From an uncultured Mycoplasmatota bacterium (lineage in GTDB: Bacteria > Bacillota_I > Bacilli_A > RF39 > UBA660), in assembly GCA_900554615.1 (NCBI GenBank), contig USIB01000002.1, forward strand, positions 1-44,557: 44,557 nt of DNA, read 5' to 3'. The notes below the pieces were generated by a model. That model had not been told where the DNA came from. It did not search any database and saw only the letters and a list, made by a program, of their open reading frames with translations. Both the position numbers and the translations under genes were made by a program. This document shows positions 26,252-36,087 of this stretch, one piece after another. Within the stretch, counting starts at the first letter, position 1; each line of letters starts with the position of its first letter.

Positions 26252-27433
26252 TTAAGAATTAATATCAGTATTTATAACCTCTTTATATGAAGTAATATCT
26301 TCAGTACAAGTAATAAATAAATCTACTAGTATTTTACTAGATAAATCTTCTTCATTAATAACCTTAATATTAGTAATATCTACAATACCTGAATACTTAT
26401 CTAATAGTTTCTCTTTAGCAGTCTCTATAGCCTTCTCTCTAGCAGTATCATATGTATATATATCATTTATAACCTTAGTCTCATATTCATCTTCATAAGT
26501 TAAAGAAAGAGGTATAATATTATTATTAAAAATATATTTTATATTTCTATCAAAGGATTTATATTTATGAAAATCAAAGAATGATATTCTTTTATCTAGT
26601 AAGTTAAAGACTAGTACTTTCTTCTTTTTACCTGTATATATTGTTTCGTTATAAATATAAGGATACTCTACTCTAACTGTATACCAAACCTCTCCCTCTA
26701 CTCTTCCACTTGCAGACTTTGATACTTTACTATTATTTGGAAGTGTTATATCTGAAGATATAATGGTATCTCCTTTTTTTACATAAGTATCTACATTTCT
26801 AACTTTCTCTCCTGATATGGCATATATTTTCTTAATGACTGCATTCTTTGAAGATACTATATCATATACTTTATCATCTATATTATCTTTATTTATTATT
26901 CTCTCTTCTACTCTAACTGTATATTTAGTTCCTTCTCTTATTATTTCTAGCCATTCTAATGTATCTTTATTGTCTTCTAGTATCTTCTTTTTTATTTTTT
27001 CTATTTCTTCATAATCTTTAACAAAACTATATTTTTTTATGCCATTTTTATCTAACTCTTCATTTACTAATTTTATTATGTTGCTATTTGAATGAATTAC
27101 TTCTATACTAAATATGATATTTGATAAGGTATAAATCATAAGCAGTCCTACTAGTAAAAATATTAGAACAAATATATTCTTCTTTATGTATTTTAATAGT
27201 CTTAATTTTCCATAGTATTTTATTATTTTTATATTATATATTGTTTTTAGTCTAAGTACTTTATCTAGTTCGTTATAATCTATTATTATGTACATGGTGT
27301 TATAGGACTTTGGTATAACTTTTTCGATATTTACTTTGTTATTTATTAGTCTTCTTAAGAAATTATCTACATTTCTTCCTTCTATTTTTATTTTTATACT
27401 ACTGTTAAATAGTCTAAATATTTTATCTTTCAT
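26252..27433 (-). CDS. yqfD: Sporulation protein YqfD
   Basis: 393 aa. N-terminus IKIKIEGRNVDNFLRRL, a central TM helix, and adjacency to yqfC. Confidence 0.85.
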   Translation of the reverse strand: MKDKIFRLFNSSIKIKIEGRNVDNFLRRLINNKVNIEKVIPKSYNTMYIIIDYNELDKVLRLKTIYNIKIIKYYGKLRLLKYIKKNIFVLIFLLVGLLMIYTLSNIIFSIEVIHSNSNIIKLVNEELDKNGIKKYSFVKDYEEIEKIKKKILEDNKDTLEWLEIIREGTKYTVRVEERIINKDNIDDKVYDIVSSKNAVIKKIYAISGEKVRNVDTYVKKGDTIISSDITLPNNSKVSKSASGRVEGEVWYTVRVEYPYIYNETIYTGKKKKVLVFNLLDKRISFFDFHKYKSFDRNIKYIFNNNIIPLSLTYEDEYETKVINDIYTYDTAREKAIETAKEKLLDKYSGIVDITNIKVINEEDLSSKILVDLFITCTEDITSYKEVINTDINS

Positions 27434-27448
27434 AGTATCATACTCTTT

Positions 27449-27688
27449 CTACATAAAAGTAATATTCTCTATATTTCCTGATATTAATATCTCATTATCC
27501 ATCATTCTTGTTATTACTAGATTGCTTCCTTTTATTTGATATACTTTTTCTTCATATCTAATACTTATTATTTTAGAGGTGAAATCTAGTATTTCGGTAT
27601 AGTTTATGATATCTAATTTGTTATATTTATATATCATACTATATTTTTTATCATTTATATAATTATCTAATCTATTTAATATTTTCAT
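27449..27688 (-). CDS. yqfC: Sporulation protein YqfC (YabP family)
   Basis: 79 aa. Contains the motif ...NLVITRMMDNEILISGNIENITF. Confidence 0.8.
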   Translation of the reverse strand: MKILNRLDNYINDKKYSMIYKYNKLDIINYTEILDFTSKIISIRYEEKVYQIKGSNLVITRMMDNEILISGNIENITFM

Positions 27689-27808
27689 AATAATATATAT
27701 GTTGTGGTATCTTAATTTATGTAAAATATTTATTTTTTAGGTGAATGTAGTACAATTTTTAAATCATTTATCATATGTTATATTGAATATAAAAAAGGGG
27801 TGGATTAT

Positions 27809-28228
27809 ATGTGTAACAATGAAAATAATTCTTGTGAGAATTGCATTGCAGACATTCTAAAGGTTATTCTTATACTTCAGCAAAGTGTATGTCAAAATGA
27901 CTGCTGCTTAGAGACTTGTGACAGAGGTTTTTTAGGTCAAAATAGTAGTTTCTGCTACAACACTAGACCTATAGTATTATATACTTGTGGTAGTGGAAAT
28001 ACACCACTTGCTATGCCAATAAGTAAAGACCCATCTATTACTACTACTAGCAATGTCTTTAGACTTGAAAAATTAGATGGCTGCTGCGCTACTTGTAGAG
28101 TACTTGCTAATAATACTGATGAATCTAGTGTATTTCCTTATGAAGCAACTAACTCGTTCTTTACTATTAACTTGAACTGCTGCTGCGTTCTTAGATGTCT
28201 AGATGATACTTTTGTTGAATGTATATAA
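27809..28228 (+). CDS. Cysteine-rich spore coat/exosporium protein, CotY/CotZ-like
   Basis: 139 aa from the ATG at 27809 (SD AAGGGGTGGA). It has 18 Cys, including CC and CCC clusters. NCIADILKVILILQ, PIVLYT and FRLEKLDGCCATCRVL resemble the CotZ family. Confidence 0.65.
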   Translation: MCNNENNSCENCIADILKVILILQQSVCQNDCCLETCDRGFLGQNSSFCYNTRPIVLYTCGSGNTPLAMPISKDPSITTTSNVFRLEKLDGCCATCRVLANNTDESSVFPYEATNSFFTINLNCCCVLRCLDDTFVECI

Positions 28229-28256
28229 AAACAGGTGATTAAACCTGTTTTTTTGT
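28229..28256 (+). terminator. Intrinsic terminator
   Basis: AAACAGGT-gattaa-ACCTGTTT, followed by TTTTTGT. Confidence 0.8.
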
Positions 28257-28455
28257 ATTATAAAAGCCTATGATTGGATTGGTGCTATTTTGCCTAGTTA
28301 CTTGATAGTTTATATGTTGTGTTCTTTCTTTTTGATTTTTATGGTTTTAAGTACTAGGATTTTTTTATTTGGTTGTATTCGTTTATAAAGATTAGGCTGT
28401 TTTCTTGTTTTTCTTGTAAACAAAGGGCTTTATTCGTTCATACTATGTTAAAGAG

Positions 28456-29076
28456 TTATATATTTTTGACTCTTTTCTTTATTTTAGTATTATTATATTC
28501 TTTGTTATAGAGAGTGTTTATTCTCTCTTCTTCTTTGTGAATTTGTTTATTTACATTTATGGTAACTATGGTATCTGTATGTTCATTCTTCCTATTGGTA
28601 GCATTTTTATCTTTACTTAATTTATTAATACTAGTTAATACTCTTTCTCTTTCTTTTGTTTCAATATTTATGAGATTATTAATTTCCATCATTTTGTTTT
28701 TTATTTTAGTATCGTCATAAATGATACAGGTAGCGGATGTTACTCCAAATAAACTAATGAGAGGTATTAAGATATGATTTAGTTCAATGCCTATAGTATG
28801 GTTAAATAGTATTATAGGAATAATTAATATTAGAGAAAAGAAAGATAGTTTTCTCGATATTCTTTTTATTTTGTTATGTTTTTTATACTTTTTATTATAT
28901 CTATTATATTCTTTGTTAAGACTTTTAATGTCTTGTTCTAAATACTCTGAAATATTCTCTAATTTTAATATTTTAATTATGTTATTTGTATACATTCTCT
29001 TTCTAGGAAGCATATCTTTTTTATCAAATATTATTATGTTATCAGAATTTTTTGGTATAAAATAATTATTATTCAT
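28456..29076 (-). CDS. Hypothetical membrane protein
   Basis: 206 aa with two central TM helices and Lys/Asn-rich flanks. Confidence 0.5.
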   Translation of the reverse strand: MNNNYFIPKNSDNIIIFDKKDMLPRKRMYTNNIIKILKLENISEYLEQDIKSLNKEYNRYNKKYKKHNKIKRISRKLSFFSLILIIPIILFNHTIGIELNHILIPLISLFGVTSATCIIYDDTKIKNKMMEINNLINIETKERERVLTSINKLSKDKNATNRKNEHTDTIVTINVNKQIHKEEERINTLYNKEYNNTKIKKRVKNI

Positions 29077-29206
29077 AAATAGTCCTTTCTTCTTTATAAA
29101 TATTATACATTAAATTATATGAAAGTCAATAATGTAAATATTGTAAAGTTTTGTTGACTAATATTTAAAAATAAGGTATATTTATCATAGAAGGAGATGT
29201 ATATAT

Positions 29207-29890
29207 ATGGATATGGAAGATTTTGAGAGTAAATATAATGATGCTCAGTTAGAGAGAATGCTAAATGAAAATGCAAATAGAAATAGAGTTAGTAATAAAT
29301 CGATAGGAAAAGATAAGGTTACTAGTTATAGTAAGAAGAAGCAGAGTAAAAAGTTATTAGGTAAGAATGGGAAAATAATACTTACTATTGCTCTTTTGGT
29401 GATAATGGGGATTAATACTCCTAAAGCAATTAGAACTGTTAGGTATGCTTCTGACTTAAATAAGGCTATTAAGATAGTTACAGAACAGGCAAATGATAAC
29501 TTAGAAAATGCTAACTTAGTTGATGTTGACGATAAAGGTAATGTTACGATAAAAGATGGAGGAAATAGTATTAGTGATTATGGTAGATTAAACTTATGTG
29601 ATCCTTCAATAGCAGAAATATATGCTTATGATAAGGCCCTTGATGGTGCTGGAGATACTATTAATACTGAGTTTGAAAAGTTAATAGAGGCTACTAGTTA
29701 CAAAGATGGAATGTATAACTATACTTCACTAGCCCAATATTATACAGTAAATGGATTAGTTGATAAAGATGGAAAACCTAGTGGAGCAGAGTTTAAGAAG
29801 TATGCTGAAGAACAATTAGTAAAATCATATCGTGATGGTACTATTGATGATATTATGACAAGTGTAGTAAATGAAAGTAGAGGTAAATAA
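29207..29890 (+). CDS. Hypothetical single-pass membrane protein
   Basis: 227 aa. SD GAAGGAGATG. TM helix IILTIALLVIMGI. Confidence 0.5.
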   Translation: MDMEDFESKYNDAQLERMLNENANRNRVSNKSIGKDKVTSYSKKKQSKKLLGKNGKIILTIALLVIMGINTPKAIRTVRYASDLNKAIKIVTEQANDNLENANLVDVDDKGNVTIKDGGNSISDYGRLNLCDPSIAEIYAYDKALDGAGDTINTEFEKLIEATSYKDGMYNYTSLAQYYTVNGLVDKDGKPSGAEFKKYAEEQLVKSYRDGTIDDIMTSVVNESRGK

Positions 29891-29891
29891 A

Positions 29892-30125
29892 ATGGATACT
29901 ATTGTTTTAGATGATAATATTGAATATATTATTGTAAAAGAAGAAAGAATTGATAATACTCTTTATACTTTATTTGCTAATATAAATGACAATACTGATA
30001 TTTGTTTTAGGAAAACTACAAGTGATGAAGAGGGAAACCTGTATTATTCAGGTTTAGATGATGAAAAAGAGTTTGAGAAAGTTAGTGCATACTTTGCAAA
30101 GGTAATGTTAAAGGAAATAGATTAA
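29892..30125 (+). CDS. DUF1292-like small protein
   Basis: 77 aa from the ATG at 29892, one nt after the upstream stop. The pattern IVLDDNIEYIIV...TLYTL...EEG..Y..L.DE.EFE.V resembles DUF1292. Confidence 0.45.
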   Translation: MDTIVLDDNIEYIIVKEERIDNTLYTLFANINDNTDICFRKTTSDEEGNLYYSGLDDEKEFEKVSAYFAKVMLKEID

Positions 30126-30131
30126 TTGGTT

Positions 30132-30800
30132 CTATTTCCTTTTAATATCTATAGTATATTTTGATTTTCCTCTATAATTATTATCTTTATCAAAGTCATC
30201 ATCATCATCATAAGTAAAGGCTGTTAATGTAATATAATCTACATCATCTATATCATAAGTAGCAAATATCTTAACTGATGATAAAATAGTATTATCTTCC
30301 ATACTCTCTAGATGACTATAATATACTCCATCAGGAACATTAACATCATCATATAAATATACATAAATATATTTTCCATATCTATATATATCTGGCTCTA
30401 AGAAGTTGCCCCCTTCCCTAGTACCATCTTTTAAGGTATAAGTTATGTTATAACCTATTTTATATTTATCTATATCAGTATAATTGTTATAATATTTCTT
30501 CCAAGTATCTTTGAAGTTACTACCACTGATAGAACTATCATTAGTTAGAAATACTTCAAAAGAGCCAATATCTTGCATACTATTAAAATCAGCATAATAT
30601 GTATCTTTAATTATCTCTTTATTATAGTAACTTCCGTTAGCGGGATATATACCAACATTTATTATATTATCATCTACATAATTATCTTCTTTAGTGATAC
30701 CAGATACATTAATATCAATAGTATCTTTATCCTTAGTAGCAGCAAATGAGCAGCCACTTAGTAAGAGAATAAATACTCCTAATAACTTAACATACTTCAT
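30132..30800 (-). CDS. Hypothetical lipoprotein
   Basis: 222 aa, lipobox LLSGC. Confidence 0.6.
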   Translation of the reverse strand: MKYVKLLGVFILLLSGCSFAATKDKDTIDINVSGITKEDNYVDDNIINVGIYPANGSYYNKEIIKDTYYADFNSMQDIGSFEVFLTNDSSISGSNFKDTWKKYYNNYTDIDKYKIGYNITYTLKDGTREGGNFLEPDIYRYGKYIYVYLYDDVNVPDGVYYSHLESMEDNTILSSVKIFATYDIDDVDYITLTAFTYDDDDDFDKDNNYRGKSKYTIDIKRK

Positions 30801-30813
30801 ATAATCTATCTCC

Positions 30814-30906
30814 TTATCTACTACTCTTTCTTTCTTTTTCTAAAACTATTCTTTCTAGTTCTTCTTCAGTATAAGTAGTAAGTATCTTTTTTAATTTACT
30901 TTGCAT
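30814..30906 (-). CDS. 30-aa small ORF with strong SD
   Basis: MQSKLKKILTTYTEEELERIVLEKERKSSR. AGGAGGAACA sits 4 nt before the ATG. It ends 13 nt before the lipoprotein start. Confidence 0.35.
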   Translation of the reverse strand: MQSKLKKILTTYTEEELERIVLEKERKSSR

Positions 30907-30973
30907 AATGTGTTCCTCCTATTTACTTAAGTATATCACACTTTAGGAAAAATAAAAAGAACTCTTATGTTCT

Positions 30974-31405
30974 TTATAGATATTTTTTTAGTTCCTCTAC
31001 TGCTTCTTCTCCTAGAGATGTATATTCTTCTGCTAGTTTATGGACTTCTTTATCTAAAGATTTATTATTTAGTATTCTTCTTCCTTCTATGATACCCATA
31101 TTTGTTCCTTGAACTAGTAATTCTGTTAGTTTTGAGTCAGTATCATCTGTCATTGTTTTCATTTCTATACCCCAAAAAGTCATCATTTTTTCCATTTTAT
31201 TTATTTTATGAGGTGTATCATCTTTATTGTATTTTGGATACATATCATTTATCTTCTTAGATATTTCTTTATACTTCTTATTTTGTTTTTCTAGTTCTTT
31301 TTGTAATTTTTTATTTTCTATTTTATCATAAATATATGATATAGCAGTACTACCCATATTACAACCTTTATTTAATTCATCTAATGCATTTATATTATCT
31401 TTCAT
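30974..31405 (-). CDS. Helical-bundle protein (DUF2383/ferritin-like, tentative)
   Basis: 143 aa, all-helical by composition. The family call is tentative. Confidence 0.35.
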   Translation of the reverse strand: MKDNINALDELNKGCNMGSTAISYIYDKIENKKLQKELEKQNKKYKEISKKINDMYPKYNKDDTPHKINKMEKMMTFWGIEMKTMTDDTDSKLTELLVQGTNMGIIEGRRILNNKSLDKEVHKLAEEYTSLGEEAVEELKKYL

Positions 31406-31471
31406 ATCTTTATTCCTCCATTTATATTATGGAAGTATATTTATAGTTTTATACAAATATATTATTTTATT

Positions 31472-31543
31472 CACTACAAGCCTAATTATATTAGTCTTGT
31501 TAGTGCTATTTAGAGCCAATATAAATATATTGTCTCTAAATAG
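31472..31543. repeat. Tandem double-hairpin intergenic repeat, copy E7
   Basis: CACTACAAGCC-11 nt-GTCTTGTTAGTG, then CTATTTAGAGCC-14 nt-GTCTCTAAATAG. Confidence 0.85.
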
Positions 31544-31578
31544 GTATCAACCATACTTATTATATATAAGTATTAACT

Positions 31579-31619
31579 AAAATACATTTACAAAGGAAAG
31601 TAATTATGAGATAATATAT
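31579..31619 (+). promoter_or_regulatory. 41-nt perfect direct repeat, copy 1 (promoter TTTACA-17-TGaGATAAT)
   Basis: AAAATACATTTACAAAGGAAAGTAATTATGAGATAATATAT is identical to 32572-32612. -35 at 31587-31592, extended -10 at 31607-31615. Confidence 0.8.
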
Positions 31620-31644
31620 CTATCTATATGAAAGAGGAGGAATA

Positions 31645-32508
31645 ATGAATAATAATTTAATTAAAGCAGAAATAAATGTTAATAATAATAAAGTGAATAT
31701 TATAAGAATCGGAAGTGAAGAATATATTTCTTTAACCGATTTAGCAAGAAGTGAAAATTCAGAAAGTCCTGCAGATGTTGTAAAAAATTGGCTAAGAAAT
31801 AAAGAGACAATCTCTTTTCTCGGAGTTTGGGAAGAACTAAATAATGAAAACTTTAAACTGATCGAATTCGACCAGTTTAAAAATGAAGCAGGAAGGAATG
31901 CTTTTACTATGTCACCACAAAAATGGATTAGAGAAACAAATGCTATTGGAATAATTTCTAAATCTGGAAAGTATGGCGGTGGAACTTTTGCACATTCTGA
32001 CATTGCTTTAGAGTTTGCAAGTTGGATTAGTCCCGAATTCAAATTATATTTAATTAAAGAATTTGAAAGGTTAAAAAGAAATGAAGCATATCTAGAAAAA
32101 ATAGATTGGAATGCTAGTCGCGTTTTATCAAAGGCAAATTATAGAATACATACAGATGCAATTAAAAACTCAATTATTCCTAATTTACTTACTGAAAAAC
32201 AAAAAAAGTTTGCATACCCTAATGAAGCAGATTTACTGAATGTTGCATTATTTGGAGTAACTGCTAAAGAGTGGAAAGAAAAAAATCCAAACTTAAAAGG
32301 TAATCAAAGAGACTATGCTGATATTAGACAATTATTAGTTCTGTGTAACATGGAAAACTTAAATGCTATAATGATTAATGATAATATACCACAGTCAAAA
32401 AGAATAGAAAAATTAAATAAAGTCGCTATACAACAATTAAAAATCCTAGAAGGTGATAAAAATTTAGAGCAACTAAAAACTAATGCAATAAAAAAAATTG
32501 AGAGTTAA
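31645..32508 (+). CDS. KilA-N domain protein
   Basis: 287 aa. ISLTDLAR...W.R...T..FL..WE, G.FAH.DIALEFA.WISPEFKLYL. Confidence 0.8.
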   Translation: MNNNLIKAEINVNNNKVNIIRIGSEEYISLTDLARSENSESPADVVKNWLRNKETISFLGVWEELNNENFKLIEFDQFKNEAGRNAFTMSPQKWIRETNAIGIISKSGKYGGGTFAHSDIALEFASWISPEFKLYLIKEFERLKRNEAYLEKIDWNASRVLSKANYRIHTDAIKNSIIPNLLTEKQKKFAYPNEADLLNVALFGVTAKEWKEKNPNLKGNQRDYADIRQLLVLCNMENLNAIMINDNIPQSKRIEKLNKVAIQQLKILEGDKNLEQLKTNAIKKIES

Positions 32509-32571
32509 TATTAATTTTAGTTATGTAGCAAAATAATACTAATTGAGTCTCAAGTTTCTATTATATAAATA

Positions 32572-32612
32572 AAAATACATTTACAAAGGAAAGTAATTAT
32601 GAGATAATATAT
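32572..32612 (+). promoter_or_regulatory. 41-nt perfect direct repeat, copy 2 (same promoter, drives the HD gene)
   Basis: Identical to 31579-31619, offset exactly 993 nt. Confidence 0.8.
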
Positions 32613-32631
32613 TGTAGAAAGGAAGGATAAT

Positions 32632-33306
32632 ATGAATATTAATAATAAATTAAAAGAATATATAGAGGGAAATATATTTACAAGTTATGAAAGAAATGAT
32701 GAAGGTCATAATTTAAAACATATTAAATATGTAATAGATAGAAGTTTAAAGTTTGCTAGTACTATAGAGAATATTAATTATGATATGGTTTATACAATAG
32801 CAGCATATCATGATATCGGTCATTATATAGATGCTAAGAATCATGAGAAAGTATCTGCAGATATGCTATTAAATGATAAAAAGTTAAGAGATTTTTTTAC
32901 CGAAGAGGAAATACAAATTATGTCTGAAGCAGTTTACGACCATAGAGCAAGTATGGAAGGAGAGCCAAGAAGTATATATGGTAAAATTGTATCTTCTGCT
33001 GATAGAAATGTCTTAATTGAAGAGCCTCTTAGAAGAACTTATTCATACAGACTAGAACATAATCCTGATGATACTTTGGATAGTATAATAGAAGAATCTA
33101 GAATACACTTAGTTAATAAATTTGGTAAAAAGGGATATGCTAGTGAAAAGATGTATTTTGAAGACTTGGATTATAAAAAGTTTTTAGAAGATATAAGTGC
33201 TTTAACTAGTGATAAAGAATTATTTAGAAAGAAGTATCTTGAAACAAATGGTATTAATGATAATTTAGATGGTAAAATTAAGGTTAAAGAGTTAAAAAGA
33301 ATATAA
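32632..33306 (+). CDS. HD-domain phosphohydrolase
   Basis: 224 aa. H..H at 27-31, AAYHDIGH, DH and SSADR. Confidence 0.8.
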   Translation: MNINNKLKEYIEGNIFTSYERNDEGHNLKHIKYVIDRSLKFASTIENINYDMVYTIAAYHDIGHYIDAKNHEKVSADMLLNDKKLRDFFTEEEIQIMSEAVYDHRASMEGEPRSIYGKIVSSADRNVLIEEPLRRTYSYRLEHNPDDTLDSIIEESRIHLVNKFGKKGYASEKMYFEDLDYKKFLEDISALTSDKELFRKKYLETNGINDNLDGKIKVKELKRI

Positions 33307-33329
33307 TTAAAACGAGTAAATTACCCGTT

Positions 33330-33806
33330 TTATTTTTTAGTTAATCTTTTTTGATATGCTCCATCTATTTTACAATCGTATGTCTTAATAGTTCTATCTT
33401 CTAAAAAATATCCTTCATAATTAATAAATGGATATGGTAAATTATTTATATCAGCCCAAATTAGTTCTTCACATTTATCTTTTTCTACTATTTTAGGAAG
33501 ACCATTATACTTTGATATTTCAAAATAATAATCAATATATGGTTCTAATATTTTTTCATCTATCTCAAAGTAATTTCTTCTTAAAACAACATAACTATTA
33601 ATTATACCTTTAGGATTAATTTCGATATCTAATTCTTCTTTTGCCTCTCTAATTAATGCTTCATATTGGTTTTCTCCTTGGTCTATATGACCTGCAGGAA
33701 GAGCATAATATCCAGGCCATAATTTTGTACCTTTTCTTTTTTGAAGTAATATTTTATTATTATCCATTATTATCATATGGACGGCACTTTTAAACATTTC
33801 TTTCAT
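33330..33806 (-). CDS. NUDIX hydrolase
   Basis: Nudix box GHIDQGENQYEALIREAKEELDI (GX5EX7REUXEEXGU). Confidence 0.85.
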   Translation of the reverse strand: MKEMFKSAVHMIIMDNNKILLQKRKGTKLWPGYYALPAGHIDQGENQYEALIREAKEELDIEINPKGIINSYVVLRRNYFEIDEKILEPYIDYYFEISKYNGLPKIVEKDKCEELIWADINNLPYPFINYEGYFLEDRTIKTYDCKIDGAYQKRLTKK

Positions 33807-33906
33807 TTATATCACCCTATAATTCATCAAAACTTTATCAGTAACAAAACAGTTCTATTTCAAACAAAAGTGGAATTATCATCAATAGAATATCTAAATT
33901 GATTAT

Positions 33907-34515
33907 TTATTTTTGTTGCTTTAAAACTTTTGAATATTCTTTATCATTTTGATTATCAAAACATTCAATATTTCTAAGTTCCATATTGTGTTTAGCATAA
34001 ATATTTGTCACTTCTTCTAAAGTAACATTTTCAACATACCAATCAAAATACTTTGAATATAATTCACTTCTTTTAAATAATAATAATCTTCCACTAACCA
34101 TAAATAGATTTAGAATTTTATCTTCATCGTTTTCTTTAACTCTTTTAAAACCAAATCTTTCTAAGCCAAAAACACCATCAAGTGCTCTAGTAGATTTATA
34201 AAACCAAGGTTTAGTACCATCTATTTTTTCTGTGAAATCAATTAAATATGATAGTACTTTAAAACCTTCTTCTCTAGACATTTCTTCTGGAAATCTAAAA
34301 GTATTGCAAGGCCAAGTTATTACGCCAACATTATTATCTTGTCTTCCAATATATTCATTAATCCTGTGATAGTCTATAAAATATAACCTATATATATCTT
34401 GATTACCAATAGGATGATTCTCAAATGTAGCATCAAATTCAAAATCTCTAGAGACAGGTAATTCATCTGCTAAAAGTCTCTTTTTAAATTCTAGTAACTT
34501 CTCTTTTAAGTTCAT
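33907..34515 (-). CDS. Hypothetical protein
   Basis: 202 aa from the ATG at 34515 (SD GGGAGGAGG). I recognise no family. Confidence 0.5.
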   Translation of the reverse strand: MNLKEKLLEFKKRLLADELPVSRDFEFDATFENHPIGNQDIYRLYFIDYHRINEYIGRQDNNVGVITWPCNTFRFPEEMSREEGFKVLSYLIDFTEKIDGTKPWFYKSTRALDGVFGLERFGFKRVKENDEDKILNLFMVSGRLLLFKRSELYSKYFDWYVENVTLEEVTNIYAKHNMELRNIECFDNQNDKEYSKVLKQQK

Positions 34516-34663
34516 ATATAAACCTCCTCCCTCATGCAACTATTATACCATAATTTTAATTATTATTTGCATATTATGCTTGATAAATAATAAAAATATG
34601 ATAAAATATAGTGTAGATATTGATTTATATCAATAAATATAAAATTTAGAAATGGAGGTTTCT

Positions 34664-35446
34664 ATGGATATTAATTATGAATTAAAAAGATTAAGAGACA
34701 CAAAAAAACAAATATTGGCTAGTAGAAATAATTTAAGAGAAAGTCAAGAACAAGAACTAGCAGAAGCAAAATCAAAAATTGAAAAAAAATACAATATTTT
34801 AATTGAGAGTAATAATATCGACTTAATTAATATAAAAAACAGAATCTATTATCAGTGTAAAGTTATAGAACAATATTCAAAATTCAATTTAAAAGACATT
34901 AGTAATATATTGGCTAGTTTAATAAGTACTTATAAATCTGAAAGTTTTATAGTTATAGATTTATCATATAAAATTAAAGGTGCTTTATTTAATGATGCAT
35001 TATTTATTATAAATATGAAAAAATTAGAATACTTAACTTCTAAAGTAGAGATTAAGAATAAACACATTAATAGTTTAATAAAAAATGGTTTTATAGTTAA
35101 ATTGGTGACATCATTTTCAAAGAGTCAATTTCCTACTGAAATATCATTTTATACTGCAGATTCTAAAGGTGGAATAAATCAAAATGTAAACTTTGGATGT
35201 TTTGAATATGCAAAATATTTTATTGACTATCTAATAAATTATAGAATTGAAAATAATCTTAATGAAATTTCTTTTAGTGAATTAGAAATGTTAAAAAATA
35301 AGTTTATATGTTGTAATTTAAATCAAATAAAAGAATATCATGAATCTTTGGACGAAGCAAAAAGAATAAAATTTGAAGAAGCACTAGATCATGATAGGCA
35401 AGTAAGAAACAGAAAGTTACAAAAAATTTTAAAAAGTCAAAAATAA
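34664..35446 (+). CDS. Hypothetical protein with N-terminal coiled coil
   Basis: 260 aa from the ATG at 34664 (SD GGAGG 6 nt upstream). I recognise no family. Confidence 0.5.
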   Translation: MDINYELKRLRDTKKQILASRNNLRESQEQELAEAKSKIEKKYNILIESNNIDLINIKNRIYYQCKVIEQYSKFNLKDISNILASLISTYKSESFIVIDLSYKIKGALFNDALFIINMKKLEYLTSKVEIKNKHINSLIKNGFIVKLVTSFSKSQFPTEISFYTADSKGGINQNVNFGCFEYAKYFIDYLINYRIENNLNEISFSELEMLKNKFICCNLNQIKEYHESLDEAKRIKFEEALDHDRQVRNRKLQKILKSQK

Positions 35447-35523
35447 AAGCCATAGCATACTTCATCACTTATTAGTGAAAGTAGCAAGTAGGCTTTTTCT
35501 TTTTTCACTTTTTTTGGCAATTA

Positions 35524-36012
35524 TTAATAATCACTATTTAATCGTTTTTGAATAACTAAACTTTTTCTTTTTGTTTCTTTTTTTAAATCTTCTAGAGTAA
35601 ATCCAAATATTTTTGAAAGATATAATATTTCTACTAATAACTTTTTTATAACTTCTTTATCTAGTTCTTTGTTTAAATCAGTGCCATATTCATAAAGCTT
35701 TAGAAACACTTCAACTACATTTCTATCATTTTCTTCTATAAAGTCTTCATTTAATGATACATCAGTAATATTACAAAAATAAAGAATCATAAACAAACAA
35801 TCTATATATTCTTCTAATATTTTTTCTTTATTTCCAGATTGCTTTGTACTCCAAAACTTAAAACATCTTGTTTCATTTGCTAATTCACCAAACTCTACTA
35901 ATAACTCAAGTTTATATTTTTGAATTATTTCTGGTGATTTTATATTATATTGTAATGAAAATAATTCATCTAAATATTTTGTTTCTTTATAAATACTTGT
36001 TATATCTAGCAT
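35524..36012 (-). CDS. Dimeric (all-alpha) dUTPase-like NTP pyrophosphohydrolase
   Basis: 162 aa from the ATG at 36012. LELLVEFGELANETRCFKFW and EEYIDCLFMIL match the dUTPase_2 pattern. The longer track ORF runs to within 4 nt of the tRNA. Confidence 0.55.
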   Translation of the reverse strand: MLDITSIYKETKYLDELFSLQYNIKSPEIIQKYKLELLVEFGELANETRCFKFWSTKQSGNKEKILEEYIDCLFMILYFCNITDVSLNEDFIEENDRNVVEVFLKLYEYGTDLNKELDKEVIKKLLVEILYLSKIFGFTLEDLKKETKRKSLVIQKRLNSDY

Positions 36013-36087
36013 CGTTACACCCTTGCCTATCACAACTATAAAATATTTTATACCTGAACTATAGAAGTTCGAGTTTAATATCAATTA

